The notes under the pieces: model-generated
Seen by the model: the letters and a program-made list of their open reading frames with translations, nothing else
Told to the model about the DNA's origin: nothing
Databases searched by the model: none
DNA from: Polynucleobacter necessarius
Lineage (GTDB): Bacteria; Pseudomonadota; Gammaproteobacteria; Burkholderiales; Burkholderiaceae
Direction: 5' to 3'
Assembly: GCF_900095195.1 (NCBI RefSeq)
Contig: NZ_LT606950.1
Coordinates: 1,518,369 to 1,550,368, forward strand
DNA length: 32,000 nucleotides
Program-made: the position numbers and the translations under genes
Part shown: positions 19,319 to 32,000 of the stretch, one piece after another
Layout: each line of letters begins with the position of its first letter
Position numbering within the stretch: position 1 is the stretch's first letter

Positions 19319-22300
19319 ATGAACTATAGTTTCACCGAACGCAAGCGAGTCCGTAAAAGCTTTGCTAAGCGAGTAAATAACCACCAGGTTCCCTACCTGA
19401 TCGCAACGCAGCTGGAGTCCTACGCTAAATTTTTACAGGCTAATAAGCCGGCTACCTCTCGTATTAATGAAGGATTGCAAGCTGCCTTTACATCAGCATT
19501 TCCTATTGTGTCGAACAACGGTTATGCACGTATGGAATACGTGTCCTATCAGTTGTCACAGCCACCGTTTGACGTTAAAGAATGTCAACAACGTGGTTAC
19601 ACATACCACTCTGCCTTGCGCGCAAAAGTTCGCTTGATTATTTATGATCGCGAAGCGCCTACTAAGGTCAAAGAAGTAAAAGAGAGTGAAGTCTACATGA
19701 GTGAAATTCCACTCATGACAGAAAACGGCTCTTTCGTGATCAACGGTACTGAACGCGTGATTGTTTCTCAGTTACACCGTTCTCCAGGCGTGTTCTTTGA
19801 GCACGATAAGGGCAAAACCCATAGCTCGGGTAAGTTGCTGTTCTCAGCGCGCATCATTCCTTACCGTGGTTCATGGCTCGATTTTGAGTTTGATCCAAAA
19901 GATATTCTGTATTTCCGTGTTGACCGTCGTCGTAAGATGCCTGTCACCATTTTGCTCAAGGCAATTAGCTTAAACAACGAGCAGATTCTTGCGAACTTCT
20001 TCAACTTTGACCATTTCTCATTGACTGCCAATGGCGCATCAATGGAATTTGTTCCAGAGCGTTTGCGCGGTCAGTTAGCTAGCTTTGATGTGGTTGATAA
20101 GAATGGCGTTGTAGTCATTCAAAAAGACAAGCGCATCAATGCTAAACATATTCGTGAGCTCGAAGCTGCTAAAACAAAAACAATTGCTGTTCCAGATGAC
20201 TACTTAGTAGGCCGTGTGGTTGCACGCAATATTGTTGATCCAGATTCCGGTGAAATCTTGGCTTACGCTAATGATGAAATCACTGAAGAGTTGTTGGCGA
20301 CATTGCGCGATGCTGGCATCAAGCAATTGGAAACCATTTACACCAATGATTTAGATTCTGGTGCGTACATTTCTCAGACATTGCGTACTGATGAAACTGC
20401 TGATCAAACAGCGGCACGTATTGCGATTTATCGCATGATGCGTCCTGGTGAGCCTCCAACAGAAGATGCTGTAGAGGCATTGTTCCAGCGCTTGTTCTAC
20501 AGCGAGGATAGCTATGACTTATCTCGTGTTGGCCGGATGAAGGTCAACAGCCGTCTTGGTCGCGCTGAGATGGAAGGCCCAATGGTTCTCTCTAATGAAG
20601 ATATCTTGGACACCATTAAGGCCTTGGTAGATTTGCGTAACGGTAAAGGCGAAGTAGACGATATTGATCACTTAGGTAATCGTCGCGTGCGTTGCGTTGG
20701 TGAATTGGCTGAAAACCAATTCCGCGCCGGTTTGTCACGTGTAGAGCGTGCGGTTAAGGAACGTCTCGGTCAAGCCGAAACAGAAAACCTCATGCCGCAT
20801 GACTTGATTAACAGCAAGCCAATCTCTTCCGCTATTCGTGAGTTCTTCGGTTCTTCACAGCTGTCCCAGTTTATGGACCAGACCAACCCACTCTCAGAAA
20901 TCACGCACAAGCGTCGTATTTCTGCATTGGGACCTGGTGGTTTGACACGAGAGCGCGCTGGTTTTGAAGTGCGCGACGTGCATCCAACCCACTACGGACG
21001 TGTTTGCCCAATTGAAACTCCAGAAGGACCAAACATTGGTTTGATCAACTCACTCGCGTTATTCGCGCGTTTGAATGAGCATGGTTTCCTAGAGACTCCA
21101 TACCGCAAAGTTTCCAATAGCAAGGTAAGCGATGAAGTGGTTTACCTCTCTGCAATTGAAGAAGCCAAGTATGTGATTGCTCAGGCAAATGCGACAATCG
21201 ACAAAAATGGTAAGTTAGCCGACGAACTCGTTTCTGCTCGTCAGGCTGGCGAAACCATGACGGTGAGTCCAGAGCGCATTGATTTCATCGACGTTGCTCC
21301 TAGCCAGATCGTTTCTGCCGCTGCTTCACTGGTTCCATTCTTGGAGCACGATGATGCGAACCGTGCGTTGATGGGTGCGAACATGCAACGTCAAGCGGTT
21401 CCTTGCTTGCGTCCAGATAAGCCATTGGTTGGTACGGGTTTAGAGCGTATTGTTGCGGTTGACTCCGGCACAGTTGTATTGGCAGCGCGTGGCGGTATCG
21501 TCGATTATGTTGATGCGAATCGTGTTGTGATTCGTGTGAACGATGATGAAACTGCTGCTGGTGAGGTTGGCGTAGATATTTACAACCTGATCAAATACAC
21601 CCGTTCAAACCAAAACACCAATATCAACCAACGTCCAATCGTTCAGGTTGGCGATCGTGTAGCCCGTGGTGACGTAGTTGCCGACGGCGCATCTACCGAT
21701 CTAGGTGAATTGGCTTTGGGTCAAAACATGACTGTGGCGTTTATGCCATGGAATGGTTACAACTTCGAAGATTCGGTCTTGATCTCTGAGAAGGTTGTTG
21801 CTGATGATCGCTATACCTCTATTCATATTGAAGAGTTGTCGGTAGTTGCTCGTGATACCAAGCTTGGTTCAGAGGAAATCACACGCGATATCTCCAATTT
21901 GGCAGAGTCACAACTCTCTCGTTTAGATGAGAGCGGTATTGTGTACATCGGTGCAGAAGTTGAAGCTGGCAACGTTCTGGTTGGTAAGGTCACTCCAAAG
22001 GGAGAGACCACTCTCACTCCTGAAGAGAAGTTACTACGTGCGATCTTCGGTGAAAAAGCATCTGACGTAAAAGATACTTCTTTGCGCGTTCCTTCCGGAA
22101 TGGTTGGTACTGTTATCGATGTTCAAGTCTTCACGCGTGAAGGTATTGAGCGCGATGCTCGTGCACAGCCGATTATTCAAGAAGAATTGCAACGCTATCG
22201 TTTAGATTTGAATGACCAGCTGCGTATTGTTGAAGGCGATGCCTTCATGCGTTTAGAAAAGCTGTTGGTTGGCAAAGTTGCTAATGGCGGTCCTAAGAAA

Positions 22301-23419
22301 TTAGCTAAAGGCACCAAGATCGACAAGGATTACCTTGCTGATTTAGATAAATATCATTGGTTTGATATTCGTCCAGCAGATGACGAAGTTGCCTCACAAG
22401 TTGAAGCAATTAAATCTTCTATCGAAGCGAAGCGTAAGCAGTTTGACGAGGCTTTTGAAGAGAAGCGCACCAAACTTACCCAAGGCGATGATTTGCAGCC
22501 TGGCGTAACGAAGATGGTTAAGGTTTACTTGGCCGTTAAGCGTCGCTTGCAGCCTGGTGACAAGATGGCCGGTCGTCACGGTAACAAAGGCGTGGTCTCT
22601 AAGATTGCGCCTGCGGAAGACATGCCATTTATGGCTGACGGACGCCCTGTTGATATCGTTTTGAACCCATTGGGCGTTCCTTCTCGTATGAACGTTGGTC
22701 AGATCTTGGAAACCCACTTAGGTTGGGCTGCTCAAGGTATTGGTAAGCGTATCGATGAAATGGTTCGTCAACAAGCCAAGCAAGCTGAACTGCGTAAGTT
22801 CTTCAAACAGCTTTACAACGAAACAGGTCGTCAAGAAGACATCGATAATTTCACTGATGAGCAAATCAATGCATTGGCTGAAAACTTACGTCAAGGCCTG
22901 CCATTTGCAACTCCAGTGTTTGATGGTGCTACCGAGGCTGAAATTGGTCGCATGCTTGAGTTGGCATACCCAGAAGAGGTTGCTAAGTCATTGCAGATGA
23001 CTCCATCACGCCAGCAAATGGTTCTATTTGATGGCCGTACTGGTGATCAGTTCGAGCGCCCTGTAACTGTTGGCGTAATGCACGTCTTGAAACTCCACCA
23101 CTTGGTCGATGACAAGATGCATGCTCGTTCAACTGGGCCTTATTCCTTAGTAACGCAGCAGCCATTGGGCGGTAAAGCCCAGTTTGGTGGTCAGCGCTTT
23201 GGTGAGATGGAAGTTTGGGCACTCGAAGCATACGGTTCTTCATATGTCTTGCAAGAAATGTTGACAGTGAAGTCCGATGACGTCGCAGGCCGTACCAAAG
23301 TTTACGAAAACATCGTCAAGGGCGAACACACGATTGATGCTGGTATGCCCGAATCCTTCAACGTATTGGTAAAAGAAATCCGTTCGTTGGGTATTGACAT
23401 TGACATGGAGCGCAATTGA
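19319..23419 (+). CDS. rpoB: DNA-directed RNA polymerase beta subunit
   Basis: Starts [15 protein letters not shown] at the ATG at 19319 (SD GGAGA upstream), 1366 aa. The Rif cluster [25 protein letters not shown] is present. Confidence 0.98.
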   Translation: MNYSFTERKRVRKSFAKRVNNHQVPYLIATQLESYAKFLQANKPATSRINEGLQAAFTSAFPIVSNNGYARMEYVSYQLSQPPFDVKECQQRGYTYHSALRAKVRLIIYDREAPTKVKEVKESEVYMSEIPLMTENGSFVINGTERVIVSQLHRSPGVFFEHDKGKTHSSGKLLFSARIIPYRGSWLDFEFDPKDILYFRVDRRRKMPVTILLKAISLNNEQILANFFNFDHFSLTANGASMEFVPERLRGQLASFDVVDKNGVVVIQKDKRINAKHIRELEAAKTKTIAVPDDYLVGRVVARNIVDPDSGEILAYANDEITEELLATLRDAGIKQLETIYTNDLDSGAYISQTLRTDETADQTAARIAIYRMMRPGEPPTEDAVEALFQRLFYSEDSYDLSRVGRMKVNSRLGRAEMEGPMVLSNEDILDTIKALVDLRNGKGEVDDIDHLGNRRVRCVGELAENQFRAGLSRVERAVKERLGQAETENLMPHDLINSKPISSAIREFFGSSQLSQFMDQTNPLSEITHKRRISALGPGGLTRERAGFEVRDVHPTHYGRVCPIETPEGPNIGLINSLALFARLNEHGFLETPYRKVSNSKVSDEVVYLSAIEEAKYVIAQANATIDKNGKLADELVSARQAGETMTVSPERIDFIDVAPSQIVSAAASLVPFLEHDDANRALMGANMQRQAVPCLRPDKPLVGTGLERIVAVDSGTVVLAARGGIVDYVDANRVVIRVNDDETAAGEVGVDIYNLIKYTRSNQNTNINQRPIVQVGDRVARGDVVADGASTDLGELALGQNMTVAFMPWNGYNFEDSVLISEKVVADDRYTSIHIEELSVVARDTKLGSEEITRDISNLAESQLSRLDESGIVYIGAEVEAGNVLVGKVTPKGETTLTPEEKLLRAIFGEKASDVKDTSLRVPSGMVGTVIDVQVFTREGIERDARAQPIIQEELQRYRLDLNDQLRIVEGDAFMRLEKLLVGKVANGGPKKLAKGTKIDKDYLADLDKYHWFDIRPADDEVASQVEAIKSSIEAKRKQFDEAFEEKRTKLTQGDDLQPGVTKMVKVYLAVKRRLQPGDKMAGRHGNKGVVSKIAPAEDMPFMADGRPVDIVLNPLGVPSRMNVGQILETHLGWAAQGIGKRIDEMVRQQAKQAELRKFFKQLYNETGRQEDIDNFTDEQINALAENLRQGLPFATPVFDGATEAEIGRMLELAYPEEVAKSLQMTPSRQQMVLFDGRTGDQFERPVTVGVMHVLKLHHLVDDKMHARSTGPYSLVTQQPLGGKAQFGGQRFGEMEVWALEAYGSSYVLQEMLTVKSDDVAGRTKVYENIVKGEHTIDAGMPESFNVLVKEIRSLGIDIDMERN

Positions 23420-23420
23420 T

Positions 23421-26400
23421 ATGAAAGCATTGATCGATTTATTTAAGCAAACGCAGGGTGATGAGCAGTTTGATGTCATCAAGATTGGCCTCGCATCCCC
23501 TGAGAAAATTCGCTCATGGTCTTTTGGTGAAGTACGCAAGCCAGAAACCATCAACTATCGGACTTTTAAACCCGAGCGTGATGGTTTGTTTTGCGCCAAG
23601 ATTTTTGGGCCAACTAAAGACTACGAGTGCTTATGCGGCAAGTACAAGCGCTTAAAGTTCCGTGGCGTTATTTGCGAGAAGTGCGGCGTTGAAGTTACTC
23701 TCGCTAAGGTGCGTCGTGAGCGCATGGGCCACATTGAGTTGGCGGCCCCTGTAGCGCATATTTGGTTCTTAAAGTCCCTGCCATCCCGTTTGGGCATGGT
23801 TCTCGATATGACATTGCGTGATATCGAGCGCGTTCTTTACTTTGAAACATATGTAGTAGTAGGCCCTGGCATGACTCCTGAAGGCGCGATGAAGCGCGGT
23901 CAGATCATGTCTGAAGATGAGTACGTTGCTAAAACCGAAGAGTATGGTGACGGTGCATTTACCGCCATCATGGGTGCGGAAGGTATTCGTGAACTCTTGC
24001 GTTCGATTGATATCGATCGTGAAGTTGAAACGATTCGTGCTGAGTTAAAAGCAACTGGTAGCGATGCCAAGATCAAGAAATACGCTAAGCGCTTAAAAGT
24101 GCTCGAGGCATTCCAAAGCTCAGGCATTAAGCCTGACTGGATGATCATGGAAGTATTGCCAGTATTGCCACCAGAGTTGCGCCCATTGGTGCCATTGGAT
24201 GGCGGTCGCTTTGCTACCTCTGATTTGAACGACCTTTATCGTCGTGTGGTTAACCGTAACAATCGTTTGAAGCGTTTGTTGGAATTGCGCGCACCAGAGA
24301 TCATCGTTCGTAACGAAAAGCGTATGTTGCAAGAGGCAGTTGACTCCTTGCTCGACAACGGTCGTCGCGGTAAGGCTATGACTGGCGCTAACAAGCGTCC
24401 TCTCAAGTCCTTGGCTGAGATGATTAAAGGTAAGAGCGGACGTTTCCGTCAAAACTTGCTCGGAAAGCGCGTTGACTACTCTGGTCGTTCAGTGATCGTG
24501 GTTGGTCCTACACTGAAATTGCATCAGTGCGGCTTGCCAAAATTGATGGCGCTCGAGCTGTTCAAGCCATTCATTTTCAACAAGCTTGAGACTTTGGGTA
24601 TTGCAACCACAATTAAGGCTGCGAAGAAAGAAGTTGAAAGCCAGACGCCAAGCGTTTGGGACATTCTCGAAGAAGTGATTCGTGAACATCCAATCATGTT
24701 GAACCGTGCGCCTACATTGCACCGTCTTGGCATTCAGGCTTTCGAGCCAATGCTGATTGAAGGTAAAGCGATCCAATTGCATCCATTAGTCTGCGCCGCA
24801 TTTAACGCGGACTTTGACGGCGACCAAATGGCGGTTCACGTTCCTTTGTCGCTCGAAGCGCAAATGGAAACGCGTACATTGATGTTGGCTTCGAACAACG
24901 TATTGTTCCCAGCCAACGGCGAACCATCTATCGTTCCTTCACAGGACGTGGTTTTAGGTTTGTACTACGCTACGCGTGACAAGATCAACGGCAAAGGTGA
25001 AGGCATGGTGTTCGCCAACATCACTGAAGTAGTGCGTGCATACGAAACGGGCCAAGTTGAATTGGCTTCCCGTGTTGCAGTGCGTATTACTGAGTATGAG
25101 ATCGTGGATAAGAAGGCCGAAGGCGATGCGCGTTTTGCCCAGAAGACTAAGATCTATCAAACTTCGGTAGGCCGTGCAATTTTGTCTGAGATTCTGCCAA
25201 AGGGTATGTCTTTCGAGGAAATTAACAAGCCTTTGAAGAAAAAAGAAATCTCTCGCTTGATTAACACTTCATTCCGTAAGTGCGGTTTGCGTGAGACAGT
25301 GATTTTTGCTGATCGCTTGTTGCAGTCTGGTTTCCGCTTGGCAACTAAAGCCGGTATCTCGATTGCCATCGACGATATGTTGATTCCAACTTCTAAAGAT
25401 CGCATCATTACTGAAACGTCTACTAAAGTTAAGGAATATGACAAGCAGTTCATGTCGGGTCTCGTAACCAATCAAGAACGTTATAACAACGTGGTTGATA
25501 TTTGGGGTGCTGCTGGCGACCAAGTTGGTAAGGCCATGATGGATGAGCTGTCACACGTTGATGTGCTCGACCGTAACGGTAAAATTGCACGCCAAGAATC
25601 CTTTAACTCCATTTACATGATGGCGGACTCTGGTGCGCGTGGTTCTGCTGCGCAGATTCGTCAGTTGGCTGGTATGCGTGGTTTGATGGCGAAGCCAGAC
25701 GGCTCCATTATTGAAACCCCGATTACTGCAAACTTCCGTGAAGGTTTGAATGTGTTGCAGTACTTCATTTCAACCCACGGTGCACGTAAGGGCTTGGCCG
25801 ATACTGCATTGAAGACAGCAAACTCCGGTTACCTGACGCGCCGTTTGTGCGACGTTACTCAAGACCTCGTTGTGATCGAAGAAGATTGCGGTGCGACAAC
25901 TGGCGTAACTATGAAAGCGCTTGTTGAGGGCGGCGAAATCACCGAAGCATTACGTGACCGCATTTTGGGCCGTGTATGTATCGGCGATATTGTTCACCCA
26001 GATACACAAGAAGTAATCGTGCCAAACGACACATTGCTCGACGAAGATCATGTTGATCAAATCGTGGCATTGGGTATCGATGAAGTGAAGGTTCGTACCG
26101 TACTTTCTTGCCAAACCCGTTACGGTTTGTGCGCGAAGTGCTACGGTCGTGATCTCGGTCGCGGCGGCTTGGTAAACGTTGGCGAAGCAGTTGGTGTGAT
26201 TGCTGCTCAGTCGATTGGTGAGCCAGGCACACAGTTGACCATGCGTACCTTCCACATTGGTGGTGCAGCGTCACGCGCTTTGGTCGCAAACAACATTGAA
26301 GCCAAATCGAATGGTTCCTTGAAGTTCTCTGGCACGATGCGTGTTGTGAAGAACGCGAAGGGCGAGCAGATTGTGATTTCACGTTCCGGTGAGGTCTTGA

Positions 26401-27683
26401 TCGCAGATGACAACGGTCGTGAGCGCGAGCGTCATAAAGTGCCCTACGGTGCAACTCTCTTATTAAAAGAAGGCGCAGCAGTCAAAGCAGGCGCAAGCTT
26501 GGCGACATGGGATCCATTAACCCGTCCGATTATTTCTGAGTACGCTGGTATCGCTCGATTTGGCAACGTCGAAGAGGGTGTAACCGTTGCTAAGCAGGTT
26601 GACGAAGTGACCGGTCTCTCCACTCTGGTGGTTATTGATGGTAAGCGTCGTTCTGCTGCAAGCAAAGGCGTTCGCCCAGTAATCAACTTGGTTGATGACA
26701 AAGGTAACGACGTGATGATCGCTGGTACTGATCACCCAGTAAACATTGGCCTCCAAGTGGGCGCCTTGATTACTGTTAAAGATGGTCAGAAGGTTGAAGT
26801 TGGTGAAGTATTGGCACGTATTCCAATCGAATCACAGAAGACTCGCGACATTACCGGTGGTTTGCCACGCGTTGCAGAATTGTTTGAAGCGCGTTCACCA
26901 AAAGATGCTGCTGTATTGGCGAAAGTGACTGGTACAGTTTCCTTTGGTAAAGAAACCAAGGGTAAGCAACGTTTGGTCATTACTGATATGGATGGCGAAG
27001 CCAATGAATTCTTGATTCCAAAAGAGAAGCAAGTTCTCGTTCACGACGGTCAAGTAGTGAACAAGGGCGAGATGATTGTGGAAGGCCCCGCTGATCCACA
27101 TGACATCTTGACTCTCAAGGGCGTTGAAGAGTTGGCAATTTACATCGTTGACGAAGTGCAAGACGTTTATCGTCTCCAGGGTGTGAAGATTAATGACAAG
27201 CACATCGAAGTCATCGTGCGTCAGATGTTGCGTCGTGTTCAGGTAACTGAACCAGGCGACACCACATTCATCTCTGGTGAGCAAGTTGAGCGTTCTAAGC
27301 TTTATGACGAGAATGATCGCGTCATCGCCGAAGGTAAGCGTCCAGCTTCATTCGACAACGTATTGCTTGGTATCACCAAAGCATCCCTGTCGACAGACAG
27401 CTTCATTTCAGCGGCTTCTTTCCAAGAAACCACCCGTGTATTGACCGAAGCCGCAATTATGGGCAAGACCGATACACTCCGTGGCCTCAAGGAAAACGTC
27501 ATTATTGGTCGCCTGATTCCTGCTGGTACCGGCTTGTCTTATCGCTGTGCACGCAAGGTCAGAGAGCAATTTGAGCGTGATCGTGCACAAATGATTGCTG
27601 CCGAAGAGAAAGCATTGGCTAACGCCCCCGTGGAAATCGAGGCGAAAGTCGTTGCTCCTACTGGGGAGGTTGATCCAAGCTAA
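23421..27683 (+). CDS. rpoC: DNA-directed RNA polymerase beta' subunit
   Basis: Starts [10 protein letters not shown] at the ATG at 23421, 1420 aa. Catalytic NADFDGDQM and the zinc motif [20 protein letters not shown] are present. Confidence 0.98.
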   Translation: MKALIDLFKQTQGDEQFDVIKIGLASPEKIRSWSFGEVRKPETINYRTFKPERDGLFCAKIFGPTKDYECLCGKYKRLKFRGVICEKCGVEVTLAKVRRERMGHIELAAPVAHIWFLKSLPSRLGMVLDMTLRDIERVLYFETYVVVGPGMTPEGAMKRGQIMSEDEYVAKTEEYGDGAFTAIMGAEGIRELLRSIDIDREVETIRAELKATGSDAKIKKYAKRLKVLEAFQSSGIKPDWMIMEVLPVLPPELRPLVPLDGGRFATSDLNDLYRRVVNRNNRLKRLLELRAPEIIVRNEKRMLQEAVDSLLDNGRRGKAMTGANKRPLKSLAEMIKGKSGRFRQNLLGKRVDYSGRSVIVVGPTLKLHQCGLPKLMALELFKPFIFNKLETLGIATTIKAAKKEVESQTPSVWDILEEVIREHPIMLNRAPTLHRLGIQAFEPMLIEGKAIQLHPLVCAAFNADFDGDQMAVHVPLSLEAQMETRTLMLASNNVLFPANGEPSIVPSQDVVLGLYYATRDKINGKGEGMVFANITEVVRAYETGQVELASRVAVRITEYEIVDKKAEGDARFAQKTKIYQTSVGRAILSEILPKGMSFEEINKPLKKKEISRLINTSFRKCGLRETVIFADRLLQSGFRLATKAGISIAIDDMLIPTSKDRIITETSTKVKEYDKQFMSGLVTNQERYNNVVDIWGAAGDQVGKAMMDELSHVDVLDRNGKIARQESFNSIYMMADSGARGSAAQIRQLAGMRGLMAKPDGSIIETPITANFREGLNVLQYFISTHGARKGLADTALKTANSGYLTRRLCDVTQDLVVIEEDCGATTGVTMKALVEGGEITEALRDRILGRVCIGDIVHPDTQEVIVPNDTLLDEDHVDQIVALGIDEVKVRTVLSCQTRYGLCAKCYGRDLGRGGLVNVGEAVGVIAAQSIGEPGTQLTMRTFHIGGAASRALVANNIEAKSNGSLKFSGTMRVVKNAKGEQIVISRSGEVLIADDNGRERERHKVPYGATLLLKEGAAVKAGASLATWDPLTRPIISEYAGIARFGNVEEGVTVAKQVDEVTGLSTLVVIDGKRRSAASKGVRPVINLVDDKGNDVMIAGTDHPVNIGLQVGALITVKDGQKVEVGEVLARIPIESQKTRDITGGLPRVAELFEARSPKDAAVLAKVTGTVSFGKETKGKQRLVITDMDGEANEFLIPKEKQVLVHDGQVVNKGEMIVEGPADPHDILTLKGVEELAIYIVDEVQDVYRLQGVKINDKHIEVIVRQMLRRVQVTEPGDTTFISGEQVERSKLYDENDRVIAEGKRPASFDNVLLGITKASLSTDSFISAASFQETTRVLTEAAIMGKTDTLRGLKENVIIGRLIPAGTGLSYRCARKVREQFERDRAQMIAAEEKALANAPVEIEAKVVAPTGEVDPS

Positions 27684-27693
27684 TTTGGTAATT

Positions 27694-27714
27694 CTGGCCA
27701 CAAATGGCCAGTTT
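27694..27714 (+). terminator. Weak hairpin after rpoC
   Basis: CTGGCCA-CAAA-TGGCCAG followed by only TTT. Confidence 0.3.
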
Positions 27715-27726
27715 CCCCCATTTAGG

Positions 27727-27755
27727 TTGACGGGGAAGGCTGGCCAAGCTAGAAT
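27727..27755 (+). promoter_or_regulatory. Putative str-operon promoter (TTGACG, 17-nt spacer, TAGAAT)
   Basis: TTGACG at 27727-27732, an exact 17-nt spacer, and TAGAAT at 27750-27755, about 105 nt upstream of rpsL. Confidence 0.6.
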
Positions 27756-27860
27756 GCTGAGTTCTACTGATTCACAAGAGGGTCCTTTTGACCTGGAAAT
27801 TCTCTAAGTCATTGACTTTATTGAAGAAAACAACAAAGAAGTACTAACCGAGCTATTTTT

Positions 27861-28241
27861 ATGCCAACAATTAATCAACTATTACGCAAGCCAAGAACAA
27901 GGCTGACCGTTAAAAGCAAGAGCCCTGCGCTGCAAAATAGCCCGCAGCGCCGTGGTGTATGCACCCGTGTGTACACAACCACTCCTAAAAAGCCTAACTC
28001 TGCGCTTCGTAAAGTAGCCAAAGTTCGCTTGACCAATGGTTTTGAAGTGATTTCATACATTGGTGGTGAAGGCCATAACCTCCAGGAGCACTCGGTAGTG
28101 TTAATTCGTGGTGGTCGTGTGAAGGATTTGCCAGGTGTGCGTTACCACATCGTTCGCGGTTCTTTGGACTTGCAAGGTGTTAAAGATCGTAAGCAGGCAC
28201 GTTCTAAGTACGGTGCTAAGCGCGCTAAGAAAGCTACTTAA
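27861..28241 (+). CDS. rpsL: 30S ribosomal protein S12
   Basis: 126 aa, [12 protein letters not shown].., [11 protein letters not shown] and [13 protein letters not shown] (wild-type Lys positions). Confidence 0.98.
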   Translation: MPTINQLLRKPRTRLTVKSKSPALQNSPQRRGVCTRVYTTTPKKPNSALRKVAKVRLTNGFEVISYIGGEGHNLQEHSVVLIRGGRVKDLPGVRYHIVRGSLDLQGVKDRKQARSKYGAKRAKKAT

Positions 28242-28402
28242 TTATTCTGTCATTAAGCAGTTGTAGGATTGGTAGTAAGTCGCTTTTGCCAGACTTAAAA
28301 GGCAAGTAAGTGGCTGTTCCGTTTAAGAATTTTTCTTAAATAGTAGGGCAGCCGGAGCGGTAATTCAGGTGGATTGCCCCTAACTGAACTGAAGGAGTAG
28401 TT

Positions 28403-28873
28403 ATGCCACGTCGTCGTGAAGTTCCCAAACGGGAAATTTTGCCGGATCCAAAATTCGGTAATGTTGAAGTAGCTAAATTCATGAACGTCCTAATGTTGGA
28501 CGGCAAGAAATCGGTTGCAGAGCGTATCGTTTACGGTGCCTTTGATTACATCGAGAAAAAAGCAAACAAAGAACCCCTCGAAATTTTTTCAACAGCCATG
28601 GGTAACGTTAAGCCAATGGTTGAGGTGAAGAGCCGCCGCGTTGGTGGTGCCAACTATCAAGTTCCTGTTGAAGTTCGCCCATCACGTCGCTCTGCTTTAG
28701 CAATGCGCTGGTTGCGTGAAGCCGCTAAGAAGCGTGGCGAAAAATCAATGGCGCAACGTTTGGCCAACGAATTATTAGAGGCTGCTGAAGGTCGTGGCGG
28801 CGCAATGAAGAAGCGTGAAGAAGTTCACCGTATGGCAGAAGCTAACAAAGCTTTCTCACATTTCCGCTTCTAA
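28403..28873 (+). CDS. rpsG: 30S ribosomal protein S7
   Basis: 156 aa, [19 protein letters not shown]... SD GAAGGAG upstream. Confidence 0.98.
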   Translation: MPRRREVPKREILPDPKFGNVEVAKFMNVLMLDGKKSVAERIVYGAFDYIEKKANKEPLEIFSTAMGNVKPMVEVKSRRVGGANYQVPVEVRPSRRSALAMRWLREAAKKRGEKSMAQRLANELLEAAEGRGGAMKKREEVHRMAEANKAFSHFRF

Positions 28874-28900
28874 TCGAATAGTTAAGAAAAGACATAAACA

Positions 28901-31003
28901 GTGGCACGCAAAACCCCCATCGATCGATATCGCAATATTGGTATCTCTGCGCACATTGACGCAGGTAAAACAACTACTACTGAACGCGTTCTGTTCTACA
29001 CCGGTGTTAACCACAAGATTGGTGAAGTTCATGATGGCGCAGCTACCATGGACTGGATGGAGCAAGAGCAGGAGCGTGGCATCACGATTACTTCTGCCGC
29101 TACCACCGCCTTCTGGAAAGGCATGGCTGGTAACTATCAAGAGCATCGCATTAACATCATTGATACCCCAGGACACGTAGACTTCACCATTGAGGTTGAG
29201 CGTTCTATGCGTGTTCTTGATGGCGCCTGTATGGTTTATTGCGCGGTAGGTGGTGTACAGTCTCAGTCCGAAACAGTTTGGCGTCAGGCTAACAAGTACG
29301 GCGTTCCACGTTTAGCGTTTGTGAACAAGATGGACCGTACTGGTGCTAACTTCTTCAAAGTCTACGATCAGATGAAGGCTCGTTTGAAAGCGAATCCAAT
29401 CTTGATTCAAATTCCAATTGGCGCCGAAGAAAATTTTCAAGGCGTTGTGGATTTGGTCAAGATGAAGGCGATCGTTTGGGATGATGCTTCACAAGGTATT
29501 AAATTTACTTACGAAGATATTCCTGCTGAGTTACAAGCATCTGCCGAAGAATGGCGCGAGAAGATGGTTGAAGCTGCAGCCGAAAGCTCAGAAGAGTTGA
29601 TGGATAAATATCTCGGTGGCGAAGCGCTAACCGAAGAAGAAATCAAAAAAGCATTGCGCGACCGCACTATTGCTGGCGAAATCGTTCCAATGCTTTGCGG
29701 AACTGCCTTTAAAAACAAGGGCGTTCAGGCGATGTTGGATGCTGTAATCGATTACTTGCCTTCACCAGTGGACATTCCTCCTGTTAAAGGTGAATTGGAA
29801 GACGGTACAGAGACAGAGCGTAAGGCTGATGACAATGAGAAGTTCTCTGCGTTGGCGTTCAAAATCATGACCGGCCCATTCGTTGGCCAGTTGATCTTCT
29901 TCCGCGTCTATTCTGGCGTGATCAACTCTGGCGATACGATCTACAACCCAATTAAGGGTAGGAAAGAGCGTATTGGTCGTTTGTTGCAGATGCATGCTAA
30001 TCAACGCAAAGAAATTAAAGAGGTTCGCGCAGGCGACATCGCCGCTGCAATTGGCCTCAAAGAGGCAACCACAGGTGAAACATTGTGTGATCCAGATAAT
30101 ATCGTGATTCTGGAGCGCATGGAATTCCCTGAGCCAGTGATTTCTCAGGCGGTTGAGCCTAAGACTAAGGCTGACCAAGAGAAGATGGGTCTCGCATTGA
30201 ACCGTTTGGCTCAAGAAGATCCTTCATTCCGCGTCAAAACAGACGAAGAATCTGGTCAAACTATTATTTCCGGTATGGGCGAGCTCCACTTGGAAATTTT
30301 GGTGGATCGTATGAAACGCGAGTTCGGTGTTGAGGCGACCGTTGGTAAACCGCAGGTTGCCTATCGCGAAACGATTCGCAAGGTTTGTGACGAAATCGAA
30401 GGTAAGTTCGTTAAGCAGTCTGGTGGTCGCGGTCAGTATGGTCACGTTGTATTGAAGCTTGAGCCACAAGAACCAGGCAAAGGCTTTGAATTCGTTGACG
30501 CTATTAAGGGCGGTGTAGTTCCTCGCGAATACATTCCTGCAGTAGAAAAAGGCATTATTGAAACATTGAACTCCGGTGTATTGGCTGGTTATCCAGTGGT
30601 TGATATCAAGGCAACCCTGTTCTTCGGTTCATACCATGACGTTGACTCCAACGAAAACGCATTTAAGATGGCGGGCTCTATGGCGTTCAAAGACGGTATG
30701 CGTAAGGCAGCCCCAGTATTGCTTGAGCCAATGATGGCGGTTGAAGTTGAAACTCCAGAAGATTTCATGGGTAACGTGATGGGTGATCTTTCTTCACGTC
30801 GCGGCATTATGCAAGGTATGGATGACATTCATGGCGGCGGCAAGATTGTTCGTGCAGAAGTTCCTCTCGCAGAGATGTTTGGTTACTCCACTGGCTTGCG
30901 TTCTTTGACGCAGGGTCGTGCAACCTACACCATGGAATTTAAGCATTACGCAGAAGCACCGAAGAACGTAGCAGAAGCGGTTATGGCTGCTAAAGCGAAG
31001 TAA
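28901..31003 (+). CDS. fusA: Elongation factor G (GTG start)
   Basis: 700 aa, [41 protein letters not shown]. Confidence 0.97.
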   Translation: MARKTPIDRYRNIGISAHIDAGKTTTTERVLFYTGVNHKIGEVHDGAATMDWMEQEQERGITITSAATTAFWKGMAGNYQEHRINIIDTPGHVDFTIEVERSMRVLDGACMVYCAVGGVQSQSETVWRQANKYGVPRLAFVNKMDRTGANFFKVYDQMKARLKANPILIQIPIGAEENFQGVVDLVKMKAIVWDDASQGIKFTYEDIPAELQASAEEWREKMVEAAAESSEELMDKYLGGEALTEEEIKKALRDRTIAGEIVPMLCGTAFKNKGVQAMLDAVIDYLPSPVDIPPVKGELEDGTETERKADDNEKFSALAFKIMTGPFVGQLIFFRVYSGVINSGDTIYNPIKGRKERIGRLLQMHANQRKEIKEVRAGDIAAAIGLKEATTGETLCDPDNIVILERMEFPEPVISQAVEPKTKADQEKMGLALNRLAQEDPSFRVKTDEESGQTIISGMGELHLEILVDRMKREFGVEATVGKPQVAYRETIRKVCDEIEGKFVKQSGGRGQYGHVVLKLEPQEPGKGFEFVDAIKGGVVPREYIPAVEKGIIETLNSGVLAGYPVVDIKATLFFGSYHDVDSNENAFKMAGSMAFKDGMRKAAPVLLEPMMAVEVETPEDFMGNVMGDLSSRRGIMQGMDDIHGGGKIVRAEVPLAEMFGYSTGLRSLTQGRATYTMEFKHYAEAPKNVAEAVMAAKAK

Positions 31004-31039
31004 TTTATCCACATTAATTTTGAATATTGACTAGCTAAG

Positions 31040-32000
31040 AAGGCAGACAAAAATGGCAAAAGAAAAGTTCGAGCGGACAAAACCGCACGTAAACGTAGGC
31101 ACCATCGGTCACGTTGACCACGGTAAAACGACTTTGACAGCAGCAATCGCAACCGTGCTCTCAAAGGCATTCGGCGGCGAAGCAAAAGCATACGATCAGA
31201 TTGATGCGGCTCCAGAAGAAAAAGCCCGTGGTATTACGATTAATACAGCACACGTTGAGTACGAGACAGCGAACCGTCACTATGCTCACGTTGACTGCCC
31301 AGGACACGCTGACTATGTGAAGAACATGATTACCGGTGCTGCGCAGATGGACGGCGCGATCTTAGTTTGCTCTGCTGCAGACGGCCCAATGCCACAAACT
31401 CGTGAGCACATCCTCTTGGCACGTCAGGTTGGCGTTCCTTACATCGTGGTGTTCCTCAACAAGTGCGACATGGTTGACGATGCTGAACTCTTAGAGCTCG
31501 TTGAAATGGAAGTGCGTGAACTCCTGTCTAAGTATGACTTCCCAGGCGATGACACACCGATCATCCAAGGTTCTGCGAAGTTGGCTCTAGAAGGCGACGA
31601 AGGCAAATTGGGTAAAGAAGCCATCATGAAATTGGCTGAAGCATTAGACACTTACATCCCAACTCCAGAGCGTGCTGTTGACGGTGCGTTCTTGATGCCA
31701 GTAGAAGACGTGTTCTCGATCTCCGGTCGCGGTACGGTAGTAACCGGTCGTATTGAGCGCGGCATCATCAAGGTAGGTGAAGAGATTGAAATCGTTGGTA
31801 TCAAGCCAACCCTCAAGACCACTTGTACTGGTGTTGAAATGTTCCGCAAATTGCTCGACCAAGGTCAAGCAGGCGATAACGTCGGTATCTTGTTGCGCGG
31901 TACAAAACGTGAAGAAGTTGAGCGTGGCCAAGTATTGGCTAAGCCTGGTTCTATCACTCCACACGCCCACTTTACCGCTGAGGTTTACATCTTGGGTAAA
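31040..32000 (+). repeat. Exact duplicate of 14302-15262
   Basis: See the partner entry. Identity begins 13 nt upstream of the ATG (A at 31040 and 14302; the preceding bases G and A differ). Confidence 0.9.
31053..32000 (+). CDS. tuf: Elongation factor Tu (copy 2), 3' end cut by window edge
   Basis: ATG at 31053. 316 codons are open to the window end. The nucleotide sequence is identical to copy 1. It is not in the ORF track because there is no stop inside the window. Confidence 0.97.
   Translation, partial: MAKEKFERTKPHVNVGTIGHVDHGKTTLTAAIATVLSKAFGGEAKAYDQIDAAPEEKARGITINTAHVEYETANRHYAHVDCPGHADYVKNMITGAAQMDGAILVCSAADGPMPQTREHILLARQVGVPYIVVFLNKCDMVDDAELLELVEMEVRELLSKYDFPGDDTPIIQGSAKLALEGDEGKLGKEAIMKLAEALDTYIPTPERAVDGAFLMPVEDVFSISGRGTVVTGRIERGIIKVGEEIEIVGIKPTLKTTCTGVEMFRKLLDQGQAGDNVGILLRGTKREEVERGQVLAKPGSITPHAHFTAEVYILGK

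Noticed and set aside
25939-26454. 171-aa His/Arg-rich minus-strand ORF, plus the many other antisense ORFs in rpoB, rpoC and fusA
   Set aside because: They are antisense to long, clearly coding genes. Their composition is unnatural and they have no independent signals.
31040-32000. The repeated 961-bp segment as an IS or other mobile element
   Set aside because: It is simply the second tuf gene in its canonical str-operon position. There are no inverted repeats and no transposase.

Overview
This looks like a betaproteobacterial chromosomal core region. The rRNA signatures are Burkholderiales-type. Those signatures, together with what looks by eye like a lowish GC content for the order, suggest a Polynucleobacter-like genome; that is my recollection and is not verified.

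nt 1-8300 holds mixed-strand housekeeping and accessory genes: the 3' part of priA, a gcvH-like gene, a YcbL-like MBL hydrolase, a membrane fatty-acid desaturase with a tiny C4 ORF, tRNA-Arg(CCG), two c-type cytochromes, rsmI, a DiaA/GmhA-like SIS protein, a BON lipoprotein and a GNAT.

nt 8400-32000 is one uninterrupted plus-strand expression block. It runs rrn operon (16S, tRNA-Ile, tRNA-Ala, 23S, 5S), then tRNA-Tyr/Gly/Thr, tuf, tRNA-Trp, secE, nusG, rplKAJL, rpoBC, rpsLG, fusA and a second tuf cut by the window end.

I found no convincing novel multi-gene system: no defence, mobile-element, CRISPR or secondary-metabolite content. These points deserve a second look:
1. Three, possibly four, accessory genes carry frameshift or nonsense lesions while every information-processing gene is intact. 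This is either symbiont-style erosion or homopolymer sequencing error.
2. A rubredoxin-patterned mini-ORF sits behind the desaturase.
3. A 39-bp A-tract tandem duplication lies upstream of the rrn promoter.
4. A compensated U-A replacement of the 16S decoding-site pair 1409-1491.
5. Two tuf copies are 100% identical over at least 961 bp.
6. An overlapping double hairpin lies in the rplL-rpoB spacer.
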